Shown here one piece after another: positions 38,529 through 47,304 of a DNA stretch of 64,000 nt. The position numbers and the translations under genes are program-made. Source of the stretch: Chloroflexota bacterium (GTDB lineage: Bacteria > Chloroflexota > Limnocylindria > P2-11E); assembly GCA_005881885.1 (NCBI GenBank), contig VBDX01000134.1:4534-68533 (forward strand), in the 5' to 3' direction. Each line of letters starts with the position of its first letter. Position 1 is the stretch's first letter. The notes below the pieces were generated by a model. That model was not told the origin of the DNA and did no database searches. It worked only from the letters and a program-made list of their open reading frames with translations.

Positions 38529-39527
38529 TTGACCGCCGCTGCCGCTGGTCTCGAGGCCCTTGCGACTCGCCGCTGCTACGACTGCGGCTTGGTCAAGCCC
38601 ATCACCGACTTCGCCTTCCGCAACATCGCTCTCGGAACGCGCCAGGGCCGTTGCCGTGCCTGTCATGCCGCGTATCGACGCGCTCACTACCTCCGCAATC
38701 GCGCGACGTATATCCGGCAGGAGGTCGCGCGAATCCGGAAGTATCGCGACAAGAACAGGCCGCTCCTACGCGAGTACTTACGCGCCCATCCTTGCGTCGA
38801 CTGCGGTGAGACGGACATCGTCGTTCTCGATTTCGACCATCGGGATCCATCAAAGAAGAGACATAACGTTGTGGTCCTTGCCATGCACAAAGGGTGGCCC
38901 CGCGTACTACCGGAGATCGAGAAGTGCGACGTCCGGTGCGCGAACTGTCACCGGCGCCGAACCGCGGCGCAATTCAACTGGCGAGCTCAACGACCTGAAA
39001 ATCTAGCATCGTCAGGGACGAAAACTCCGCCGGAACGGAGTGTCGGGTTGTTCGAGCTCGCTGCCCGCAACGATCCGGGCTTGAAGAAGTGCGGCAAGTG
39101 CATGCTCGTGAAACCACTGTCGATGTTTCCCTTCAAAGATCGGGCGCTCGGCAAGCGTGGATCCAAGTGTTTGGCCTGTACCGCTGCGTACAGCCAAGAG
39201 CACTACAAGCGCAATCGGGCCAAGTACTTGAAGAAAGCGCGCAAGAGCCGCCGGCGCGGGTACCGGATGAACAGAGGTTTGGTCCTGACCTACTTGCTGG
39301 AGCATCCATGTGTGGATTGCGGAGAGTCCGACACGCTCTTGCTCGAGTTCGATCACAGGGATCCCGACTCCAAGGTCGATGACGTAGCACACCTCGCCCA
39401 GTACCGGCCCTGGCGCTTCGTGATCGCTGAGATCAACAAGTGCGATGTGCGCTGCGCCAATTGCCACCGCCGAAGGACGGCGCGGCAGTTCGGGTGGACG
39501 AAGCTACTCGATGCGCCGGCGGCATAG
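38529..39527 (+). CDS. Tandem-duplicated zinc-ribbon + HNH nuclease-like protein
   Basis: Two repeats of about 160 aa. Each has a CxxC...CxxC ribbon, then HPCVDCGE...DFDHRDP...KCDVRCANCHRRRTA (HNH with a CxxC/CxxCH zinc site). Lower GC and GC3 than neighbouring genes. Confidence 0.7.
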   Translation: MTAAAAGLEALATRRCYDCGLVKPITDFAFRNIALGTRQGRCRACHAAYRRAHYLRNRATYIRQEVARIRKYRDKNRPLLREYLRAHPCVDCGETDIVVLDFDHRDPSKKRHNVVVLAMHKGWPRVLPEIEKCDVRCANCHRRRTAAQFNWRAQRPENLASSGTKTPPERSVGLFELAARNDPGLKKCGKCMLVKPLSMFPFKDRALGKRGSKCLACTAAYSQEHYKRNRAKYLKKARKSRRRGYRMNRGLVLTYLLEHPCVDCGESDTLLLEFDHRDPDSKVDDVAHLAQYRPWRFVIAEINKCDVRCANCHRRRTARQFGWTKLLDAPAA

Positions 39528-39539
39528 AATGTCTCGTAC

Positions 39540-39610
39540 GCGGGTGTGTTGTAGTGGAAACAAAAATCCTTCCCAAGGATTGATCGCGGGTCCGATTCCC
39601 GCCACCCGCT
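39540..39610 (+). tRNA. tRNA-Gly (anticodon CCC). No encoded CCA. T-loop has C at position 55
   Basis: Manual fold. Acceptor GCGGGTG/CACCCGC. D-stem TTGT/ACAA with GG in the loop. Anticodon stem AATCC/GGATT, loop TTCCCAA. T-arm GCGGG-TCCGATT-CCCGC. Discriminator U, as in bacterial tRNA-Gly. 71 nt. Confidence 0.6.
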
Positions 39611-39836
39611 CAGTAGAAACCTAGATGACAATACGTGATTCGTTTAAGGCTCTCGTCGGAAAGCGCGTCGTCCTCGACCTCACATCGACCGCCGATAGCG
39701 CGGTCGCGCGAGGCAAGCTCCTCGGAACGATCGATGCCGCAGACGGTCTCGTCCTCATCGTCGAACCCGACGAAGCACCAGGGACGCGACGCAGCGTGCA
39801 TTCACATCACGTGACGAACGCACGCGCGGTCTAGCG

Positions 39837-40055
39837 ATGGACCGAGCGCTCATCCAGTTCATCTGCGTGCGTACCGATCATCGGAAGAAGCGACCCGTGG
39901 ATCCGTCGAGCCCGTTCAACGTCGCCGAAGAAGGCGGCTGGGCGTACTGCCCTGGCGGCATGCCGGACGGTCACAAATGGTTCAAGACCGGCGGCATCAC
40001 GCGCGCCGGGCTCGCCAAATTCGAATGGCCCGAGGAGGACGAGGCGGAAAGCTAG
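39837..40055 (+). CDS. Small hypothetical protein (72 aa)
   Basis: ORF immediately downstream of the tRNA. Weak support, no recognised domain. Confidence 0.3.
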   Translation: MDRALIQFICVRTDHRKKRPVDPSSPFNVAEEGGWAYCPGGMPDGHKWFKTGGITRAGLAKFEWPEEDEAES

Positions 40056-40513
40056 AGGCGCAGCGGCCGCGCCACCGGATCCTTGAACATCGCGCCCGGA
40101 TCGTCTTTCCAGCGGGCCGGCTGCACGTCGATATACAGCTCGATCTCATTGCCGTCCGGGTCTTCGATGTACAGGCTGTGGGTCACGCCGTGATCGGTCG
40201 CACCGACGATCCGCACGTCCGCAGCGGCGACCGCGTCCCGCGCCTCGCGGAGCTCGTCGTCGGACTCCCCGACCTTGAGGCCAAAGTGGTAAAGACCGAT
40301 GCGTCGTCCGCGCGGAATCGGTGCAGCGCTCGGCCCGACCTCGATCAGCAATAGCTCGTGATGTGTGCGGCCGGACGAGAATGCCGCCGCGGGAAACGCG
40401 AGGCCTTCCTCAGGCGTGATCTCCGTCCAGCCAAGCGTCTCGCCGTAGAACTTGCGCGAGCGCTTAAGGTCGCGGACATATAGGACGATATGGCCGAGTT
40501 CTTTGACCTTCAT
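40052..40513 (-). CDS. VOC / glyoxalase family protein
   Basis: MKVKELGHIVLYVRDLKRSRKFYGETLGW... paired beta-alpha-beta-beta-beta modules with H/E metal ligands. Confidence 0.75.
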   Translation of the reverse strand: MKVKELGHIVLYVRDLKRSRKFYGETLGWTEITPEEGLAFPAAAFSSGRTHHELLLIEVGPSAAPIPRGRRIGLYHFGLKVGESDDELREARDAVAAADVRIVGATDHGVTHSLYIEDPDGNEIELYIDVQPARWKDDPGAMFKDPVARPLRL

Positions 40514-40571
40514 TGACTACTCCCTAGGTATTCCCGTAACACGCCCCAGATCCAGCGTGTTCCACTTACGC

Positions 40572-41852
40572 ATGCGCGCGCTCCTCTCCGCGATCATCTT
40601 GATCGCTACGCTGACAGCTGGCGGACGGACCGCGGCGGCGACGTGCACTCTGGACATCGGTCCGGGTATCCCTCCACCCGTCGCCACCCCGGCGAAGCTT
40701 CCCGGATTCCACGCCGCCTGGTACGGCCAGAGCGGGTATATGCGCCTGTGCGCGGGGAATACCGCAACGGCGACTCTCGCGTACTACAACTCGGGCTCGC
40801 TCGGCTGGGTCGCGGGCCGGATGGGCGAGTCGGCCTACCTCGGCACGTGGGACAGCGAGCCCGGCCAGGACCAGCCAAGCGTCTTGGGCGGGGACGGCCG
40901 GCTCGGCTCGCCCGCGACCGGATGGCCGCGCTATAACCGGATCGCCGTGCAACCCGCGCAGTACGTCGGGCCGGGTCAGATCGCCTGGTTCCAGTTCACC
41001 GTGAAAGCTCCGTCGACGCCTGGCACATACCGGCTCTACGTGCGTCCGCTCGTCGAGGGCGCGACCTGGCTCGAGGACATCGGGGTCTTCTGGCAGGTCA
41101 CCGTCCTCAATCCCGACGGTACGCCGCCGAAGCCGACGCCCCCGGATCCGGTCGGCGTCCGCTTCCAAATCGATCCAGGTGTCAGCGCGCCGGACATCGC
41201 TCTCGTCCATCAGGGTGTGCAGCACGAGAGCGCATTCCTCGACTTGAACGCCGGCGGTACGCGCCGCTCTCCTTCGCTCGTGCACGTGTATGTCGGCGAC
41301 ACCACGAAGCAGTACTGCTGCCTGACCATCGGCGACAGCTTCGAGATCGTCACATCCAACCCGGCCTGGCGGACCCCGCCGGCCTCCGCGCCGGACACGT
41401 GGACCGCGGACACCGAGCGCACCGAGCTCGCCGCCCACGAGTACGTGCACCTCTGGCAGTACTCGATCGGCGGCAACGCGTGCATGGTCGGCGTCCGCTG
41501 GATGGCCGAGGGAATGGCGGAGTCGTTCGCCTACCGCTCCCTCGTTGCCGACGGGATCATCCCGCAGGCGAACCTGGACACGTTCACGAGACGTCAGCTC
41601 ACGACGGCGACGAATCAGGTCGCGCTCTCCTCGCTCGAATCATCCTGGCCCGCGAACGCCAACCCGTTCGCACTCGGGTACCTCGCCGTCGACCGGCTGC
41701 TCGCGCCGAAGGGCGTCACCACCATCCGCGACTGGTGCGCGCGCGTCGGGTCCGGACAGGAATGGCACCAGGCCTTCGCCGCGGCGTTCGGCGAGACCAC
41801 GGACGCGTTCTATTCGCGCTTTGAAGCGTTCCGTTCCGCGTACATCCGCTAG
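40572..41852 (+). CDS. Secreted HExxH zinc-metallopeptidase-like protein, with an N-terminal domain shared with the GH-like-10 protein at the window end
   Basis: Signal peptide MRALLSAIILIATLTAGG. HEYVHLWQ HExxH motif. N-terminal FHAAWYGQSGYMRLCAGNTATATLAYYNSGSLGWV domain is paralogous to residues encoded at about 63790-64000. Confidence 0.65.
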   Translation: MRALLSAIILIATLTAGGRTAAATCTLDIGPGIPPPVATPAKLPGFHAAWYGQSGYMRLCAGNTATATLAYYNSGSLGWVAGRMGESAYLGTWDSEPGQDQPSVLGGDGRLGSPATGWPRYNRIAVQPAQYVGPGQIAWFQFTVKAPSTPGTYRLYVRPLVEGATWLEDIGVFWQVTVLNPDGTPPKPTPPDPVGVRFQIDPGVSAPDIALVHQGVQHESAFLDLNAGGTRRSPSLVHVYVGDTTKQYCCLTIGDSFEIVTSNPAWRTPPASAPDTWTADTERTELAAHEYVHLWQYSIGGNACMVGVRWMAEGMAESFAYRSLVADGIIPQANLDTFTRRQLTTATNQVALSSLESSWPANANPFALGYLAVDRLLAPKGVTTIRDWCARVGSGQEWHQAFAAAFGETTDAFYSRFEAFRSAYIR

Positions 41853-41999
41853 TTGCTCACTTTTCGGTAGCTACTAGGCTTCGGGGAAGTAAGCGCCACG
41901 ATCGTCCGCGTGATGGCGCACCCTCCCGGCGAACGCTTTTCTGGTGGGACTCGCGCTGGTCGCGGCGTACGGCCGGTTCGTCGTCGTACCCTTCTAATG

Positions 42000-42452
42000 G
42001 TGGAGCTCAAACCCGGGGATCAAGCACCCGCCTTCGCGCTCCCCGATGAGAATGGGGAGGTCGTCTCGACGAAGGACCTGAAAGGGTCGCGTTACGTCGT
42101 GTACTTCTACCCGAAGGACGACACGCCGGGCTGCACGACCGAAGCCTGCCAGTTCACCGACAACTTCCCCCAGTTCGAGATGCTCGGCGTCCCGGTCCTT
42201 GGCGTCTCGCGGGACGATGCCAGAGCGCATCAAGCCTTCCGAAAGAAGTACGGCCTGCGCGTGCAGCTTCTGACCGACGCCGACCGCAAGGCTCACGATG
42301 CGTACGGCGCCTGGGGCGACCGGCCCGGACGAGGCGAGGGCGTGATCCGATCCACCTTCCTCATCGGGCGGGACGGCCGCGTCGAGCGCGCGTGGTACGC
42401 GGTGAAGCCCGACGGCCACGCGCTCGAGGTGCTTTCCGCCCTTCGCGTCTAG
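42000..42452 (+). CDS. bcp: Peroxiredoxin Bcp (thiol peroxidase)
   Basis: APAFALPDENGEVVS...FYPKDDTPGCTTEACQF motif. Confidence 0.85.
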   Translation: MELKPGDQAPAFALPDENGEVVSTKDLKGSRYVVYFYPKDDTPGCTTEACQFTDNFPQFEMLGVPVLGVSRDDARAHQAFRKKYGLRVQLLTDADRKAHDAYGAWGDRPGRGEGVIRSTFLIGRDGRVERAWYAVKPDGHALEVLSALRV

Positions 42453-43185
42453 CGTCCCGCCGCGGCGCCCCGTCTTCCTCGAAGCGAAGCACCTTGAAGC
42501 CCTCGCCGTACGCGTAACGCTTGCGCTTGCCGGTCTCCCGCATCCAGCCGCGGATGAAGTCCACGCTCTCGGGCTCGATCTGCGAGCGGTGCGCGAGGAG
42601 CGCCTTCATCTTGATCTCGACCACATCGCTGACGTCGACGATCGTGTCCGGGTTGCCGAACGCCATGAGGAAGAGGGCTTTTGGCTTGTGCGGTTCGAGC
42701 CGTTCTTTCTGCCAGAGCTCCGGCAGCATCTGGCGAGTGGACGCGTCCGGATTGATCGACCGAAGGACGACCTCACCGGCAGCGATGTGGTCGGGATGGT
42801 TGACATAGCCGCCTCCGTACCTGGTCGTTGGGTCCATCGTGAAGATCACGTCCGGTCGGTATCGGCGGATCTCGCGCGCGACGGCGCGACGCACGTCGAT
42901 CGTCGGCTCGAGGTAGCCGTCTTCGAAGTCCAGGAAGACGACATTCTTCACGCCGAGGATTCGCGCGGCTTCGCGTTGCTCCGCTGCGCGAACGTCGCGC
43001 AAACGCTCGCGCGTCATGTCGGGATCCTGTGAGCCCGACGCTCCGTTGGTGACCATGCAGTACGTGAACTCGACTCCGGCCTTGGCCCACCTGGCGACCG
43101 TTCCGGCCATCCCAAACTCGGCGTCGTCGGGGTGCGCATAGATCGCCATGGCGCGCTGCACGTCGAGCGTCTTATCGAACCGCAC
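42361..43185 (-). CDS. PIG-L / LmbE-family N-acetylglucosaminyl deacetylase
   Basis: AHPDDAE zinc motif near the N-terminus and HPDH. The Arg-rich C-terminal tail overlaps the bcp 3' end (convergent), so the true stop is uncertain. Confidence 0.75.
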   Translation of the reverse strand: MRFDKTLDVQRAMAIYAHPDDAEFGMAGTVARWAKAGVEFTYCMVTNGASGSQDPDMTRERLRDVRAAEQREAARILGVKNVVFLDFEDGYLEPTIDVRRAVAREIRRYRPDVIFTMDPTTRYGGGYVNHPDHIAAGEVVLRSINPDASTRQMLPELWQKERLEPHKPKALFLMAFGNPDTIVDVSDVVEIKMKALLAHRSQIEPESVDFIRGWMRETGKRKRYAYGEGFKVLRFEEDGAPRRDARREGRKAPRARGRRASPRTTRARRGRPAR

Positions 43186-43293
43186 ATCGCTAGTGTGGCG
43201 CGAACGCGGCGTGCGGTCCGAAAGACGATGTCACGACTCCCCGCTCATCCGGGCGCCGTCTCGCGGGCACGGCGCGATGACGTCGCGGGACCG

Positions 43294-44448
43294 ATGTCTG
43301 CGCTTCTCCGCTTTTGCGGTCTTACGGCAGGCCAGTTTGGCGGGAGCGGCCGTGCAGGCCGTCCGATCTGGGCGGCCGCGTATCGTGCGCGGGCGATGCG
43401 CCGTGCCACCGGAGAGGCCCCCGGGCGGATCAATCTCATTGGCGAGCACACCGACTACAACGATGGGCTCGTGCTTCCGGTGGCTTTGGGTCTGGGCGTC
43501 ACTGTCGTCGCACGACCGCGCGACAACCGCACCGCACACCTGGTGACCGATGCGGACGTGGAGCCCCGCGAGACCTCCTACATCGTCGGTGCCGAGCGAA
43601 GCGATGGGACCTGGGCGGACCGCGCGCGGGGCGTGACAGCGGCGTTGCTTGGCCGCGGCGCGCCCGTGGATGGATTCGAGGCGGAGATCAGCAGCACGCT
43701 TCCACTCGGTGCCGGACTTGGTTCGAGCGCCGCGCTCGCCGTCGCGCTCGTTCGGGCGCTGCGCGAGCTTTTCGACCTGACGCTGGACGACGGCGAGATC
43801 GCAACTGTGGCCCATGCCGCGGAGACCGAGTTCGTCGGGGCGCGCGCCGGTTTGATGGATCAGCTCGCTTCGATCTACGGCCGCCGCAGCGAGGCGCTCC
43901 TCATCGATCTTCACGATCTCTCGCGGGTCGCGGTCGCGCTGCCGGGCGAGCTCGAGCTCGCGGTCATCGACTCGGGTACCCGCCATCAACACGCGACCGG
44001 CGGATACAACCGCCGACGCGAGGAGTGCGAAGAGGCCGCGCGGCACCTGGGCGTCGGGTCGCTTCGCGACCTCGAGGATCGACGTCTCGAGGACGTGCTG
44101 GAGCGCCTTCCGCCGCCACTCGATCGCCGTGTGCGGCACGTCCTCACCGAGAACACGCGCGTGCGTGACGCGATCGCGGCACTGCGCGCGGCCGATCTGT
44201 CGAGGCTCGGCGCATTGCTCGATTCGTCGCACCGGTCACTTCGTGACGACTACGAGGTCTCGACGGCGGAGCTCGATCGTCTCGTGGACCTGGCGCGCGA
44301 CGATCGGGCGGTGCGCGGCGCTCGGCTCGTTGGCGGTGGATTCGGTGGCAGCGTCCTCGCATTGACCGAACGCGGTGAGGCACGAAGCGCAGCCGAGCGC
44401 ATTCTTCGACGTTACGATCGAGGCCGCCTCGTCGCCGTGGTGCCCTGA
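43294..44448 (+). CDS. galK: Galactokinase (GHMP kinase)
   Basis: APGRINLIGEHTDYNDGLVLPVAL galactokinase signature and the GHMP motif PLGAGLGSSAA. Start at MSALLRF. Confidence 0.85.
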   Translation: MSALLRFCGLTAGQFGGSGRAGRPIWAAAYRARAMRRATGEAPGRINLIGEHTDYNDGLVLPVALGLGVTVVARPRDNRTAHLVTDADVEPRETSYIVGAERSDGTWADRARGVTAALLGRGAPVDGFEAEISSTLPLGAGLGSSAALAVALVRALRELFDLTLDDGEIATVAHAAETEFVGARAGLMDQLASIYGRRSEALLIDLHDLSRVAVALPGELELAVIDSGTRHQHATGGYNRRREECEEAARHLGVGSLRDLEDRRLEDVLERLPPPLDRRVRHVLTENTRVRDAIAALRAADLSRLGALLDSSHRSLRDDYEVSTAELDRLVDLARDDRAVRGARLVGGGFGGSVLALTERGEARSAAERILRRYDRGRLVAVVP

Positions 44449-45551
44449 TGGGGATCGGAAAGCTGTCTGATGGCCTCGCGCCTACGCCGCCGATGGGGTG
44501 GAACAGCTGGAATCGCTTTGGCGTCAAGATCGACGAGCGACTGGTGCTCGAGACCGCTGAAGCGATCGTCGAGAGCGGGATGCGCGATGCGGGTTACCGC
44601 TACGTGGTCATAGATGACGGCTGGATGGCGCCCGAGCGCGATCGCAATGGTGACTTCGTCGCCGATCCTGCGAAGTTTCCCAGCGGCATCGCGGCCCTCG
44701 CCGAACGGATTCACGCGCTCGGTCTGCGGTTCGGCATCTATACCGACGCCGGGACAAGAACATGCCAGGGCCTGCCGGCAAGCCTTGGGTACGAGTTCCG
44801 GGATGCCCGCCGGTTCGCGGCGTGGGGCGTCGACTACGTGAAAGTGGACTGGTGTCACACCGCCGGCCTGGGCCCGCGCGCGTGCTACGCGAAATGGGCG
44901 ATGGCGATCCAGGCGACGAGGCGGCCGATCGTCCTCTCCATCTGCGAGTGGGGTCGAGCGCGACCCTGGGAGTGGGCCGGTAGGCTCGGCCATCTCTGGC
45001 GAACATGCTGGGACATCCAGCCGGAGTGGTCGAGCGTCACGACGATCCTCGATCGGCAGGCGGAGCTGCATCCGTACTCAGGTCCCGATCACTGGAACGA
45101 TCCGGACATGCTCGAGGTCGGGAACGGCCTGACCGCGAGCGAAGATCGTGCGCATTTCGCGTTGTGGGCGATGCTGGCCGCGCCGCTCATGGCCGGGAAC
45201 GACCTGCGCCAGATGAGCGACGGCGTCCGCGGGATCCTCACGGCGACCGAGATCGTCGCGATCGATCAGGACGCCCTCGGAATGCAAGCCCGGCGCGTCC
45301 GCCGCGAGGAGGACATCGAGGTGTGGGTGCGAGGCTTGGCGGGCTCGCGAGCCGTCGCCGTGGCGCTGTTCAACCGCGGGCCCCAAGACCGGGAGCTGCG
45401 CGCCGGGCTGGACGAGATCGGATTCGCGTCCTCCGATGTTGTGCGAGTTCGCGACCTTTGGCTGCGATCGGACCTCGGGGAGCGTCGCCGCGAGATCGTG
45501 ACCACGGTCCCCTCGCATAGTGCTGCTGTTCTCCGCGTGAGCGCGTACTAG
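44448..45551 (+). CDS. Alpha-galactosidase (GH27, melibiase)
   Basis: PPMGWNSWNRFG N-terminus. YVVIDDGW, DYVKVDWC and LEVGN GH27 motifs. Overlaps the galK stop. Confidence 0.85.
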   Translation: MGIGKLSDGLAPTPPMGWNSWNRFGVKIDERLVLETAEAIVESGMRDAGYRYVVIDDGWMAPERDRNGDFVADPAKFPSGIAALAERIHALGLRFGIYTDAGTRTCQGLPASLGYEFRDARRFAAWGVDYVKVDWCHTAGLGPRACYAKWAMAIQATRRPIVLSICEWGRARPWEWAGRLGHLWRTCWDIQPEWSSVTTILDRQAELHPYSGPDHWNDPDMLEVGNGLTASEDRAHFALWAMLAAPLMAGNDLRQMSDGVRGILTATEIVAIDQDALGMQARRVRREEDIEVWVRGLAGSRAVAVALFNRGPQDRELRAGLDEIGFASSDVVRVRDLWLRSDLGERRREIVTTVPSHSAAVLRVSAY

Positions 45552-45661
45552 TACCCGCCTGACCCATTCGTACCTGAGCCGGTTAGCGATACCCCGATGA
45601 GAGCCGTCTCATCAATTTGGCGGACGGCAACGGAGGCGCGGGAGCGCATGTTATCCGGGCC

Positions 45662-46813
45662 ATGGGTGTGGTGGGGCGATGGGGTATCTACGTCGCTATT
45701 TGTGCGGCCGTGCTTTTCGCATTGCTCACAGCGGACTCCCCCGCGGCCGCTCAGTCCGCGCTCCTCGACACGCTCTCCACGCATGTCACGCTCGCGCGCG
45801 ACGGCGCCGTCGACCTGGTCACGGACGAGCGAGTGATCCGTAGCGGCGACACCGTCGCCACGGACCGGACCGGCCACGCGGTGGTCACCTATCCCGACGG
45901 ATCGACGGCCCTGCTCGAGGAGTCGAGCGAGCTCACGATCGAATTCGTGCACACGACGGCGGGCGATTACGTCGTGCGGATGCAGCAAACCCTCGGGCGC
46001 GTCTGGTACGCGGTCGCGAGGACGATCGCTTCGGGCAGCCGGTACGAGGTGCACAGCGCGGCCATGGCCTCGGTCATCCGCGCCGGTTCAAGCTCGTTCG
46101 TCGCGGTCCTGCCCGGTGGCGAGACGACTGTGGTGGCGACCGCGGGCAGCGTCGAGACGAGCGCCGGCGAGACGAGCGCCGGCGGGACAGCGATCACCGT
46201 TCCAGCGGGCGCGTCCGCGGTCATGAGCGCCGCCGGGAGTCCGTCGCCGCCGGGCCCCGCCGCGACGGTCACGACGGTCAACCCGCCTGCGACACCCTCG
46301 CTCGCCGCGCCGCGCGAGGACGTCCAGACGGCGCTGGCATCGCCCACGGCGACGGAGCGGGAGTCGACACCCAGCGCGGCGCCGACCGCATTCGCTCCAC
46401 CGGCCGACACGCTCCCACCGCCTCCCGTCGTTATCACGATGGCAAAGGTCGCCAGGGCCGCCGCGCCTCTTGTGACGCCGACGCAAACGAGCTCGCCGAC
46501 CACGAGCACGCCATCGGCCGATCCGACTCCGCAGACGACGGCCGCTGGCGCGAGCTCGGCGCCGAAAGCGTCGCAGAGCGCCTCGACGGCGTCCGTGAAG
46601 CTCGCCGCTTCGACCGCGCCGGCGGTCGAGCCAAAGGCGGCGCCCAAGCCGGCCGCAGCGCCCGAGCGGGTGGCCGCTGCACGGGCCGCAGCACCCGAGC
46701 CGCTTACCTCGGCACGGAGCACAGCGCCCGAGCGCGTGGCCGCTGCGCGGGCCGCAGCGCCCGAGCCGGTGACGGCTGCGCCCGGGCGAGACTCGAAGGC
46801 CGAGAAGGCCTAG
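45662..46813 (+). CDS. Secreted FecR-like domain protein with a long Ala/Pro/Thr/Ser-rich tail
   Basis: Signal/TM MGVVGRWGIYVAICAAVLFALL. Central beta-rich TDRTGHAVVTYPDGSTALLEESSELTI region. Confidence 0.5.
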   Translation: MGVVGRWGIYVAICAAVLFALLTADSPAAAQSALLDTLSTHVTLARDGAVDLVTDERVIRSGDTVATDRTGHAVVTYPDGSTALLEESSELTIEFVHTTAGDYVVRMQQTLGRVWYAVARTIASGSRYEVHSAAMASVIRAGSSSFVAVLPGGETTVVATAGSVETSAGETSAGGTAITVPAGASAVMSAAGSPSPPGPAATVTTVNPPATPSLAAPREDVQTALASPTATERESTPSAAPTAFAPPADTLPPPPVVITMAKVARAAAPLVTPTQTSSPTTSTPSADPTPQTTAAGASSAPKASQSASTASVKLAASTAPAVEPKAAPKPAAAPERVAAARAAAPEPLTSARSTAPERVAAARAAAPEPVTAAPGRDSKAEKA

Positions 46814-46822
46814 GTCCGCGGG

Positions 46823-47251
46823 CTACCGCGCGATCAGGATCGCGCCGGCCACCATCAGGGCGGCGCCCGCGACCTTCCACACCGTGAGCGATTCGCCGAG
46901 AAAGAGCGCCGCGAGCACGACGACGAGGACGACCGAAAGCCGATCCAGGCCACTGACCGCGCTCGCTTGGCCGATCTTCAGTGCTGCGAAGTACGCGAGC
47001 CAGGATCCCGCGCCGGCGAATCCCGCGAGACCGATGAACATCCAGCCTTTCCGGTCGATGCTGCCGAGCTCTCTGACGTCGCCGGCCGCCACCGCGGCGA
47101 CCGTTATCACCGCGGCCATCACGATCGCGCGGGCCATCGTCGCAGGGATCGGCGTGACGTCACCGAGGCCGATCTTGCCGAAGATCGCGACGAGCGCCGC
47201 ACCAAAGGCGGAGAGAAGACCAAGGACGACCCAGCCAGCGATCTCGGGCAC
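46823..47251 (-). CDS. EamA/DMT-family small membrane protein (4 TM)
   Basis: Hydrophobicity pattern and the EamA-like ...AALFLGESLT... motif. Confidence 0.6.
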   Translation of the reverse strand: MPEIAGWVVLGLLSAFGAALVAIFGKIGLGDVTPIPATMARAIVMAAVITVAAVAAGDVRELGSIDRKGWMFIGLAGFAGAGSWLAYFAALKIGQASAVSGLDRLSVVLVVVLAALFLGESLTVWKVAGAALMVAGAILIAR

Positions 47252-47304
47252 GCGTAACGTCCTGCAGAGGACGGGCCTGTTCGCGCCGTTCTCTGAAGGC
47301 CTGC

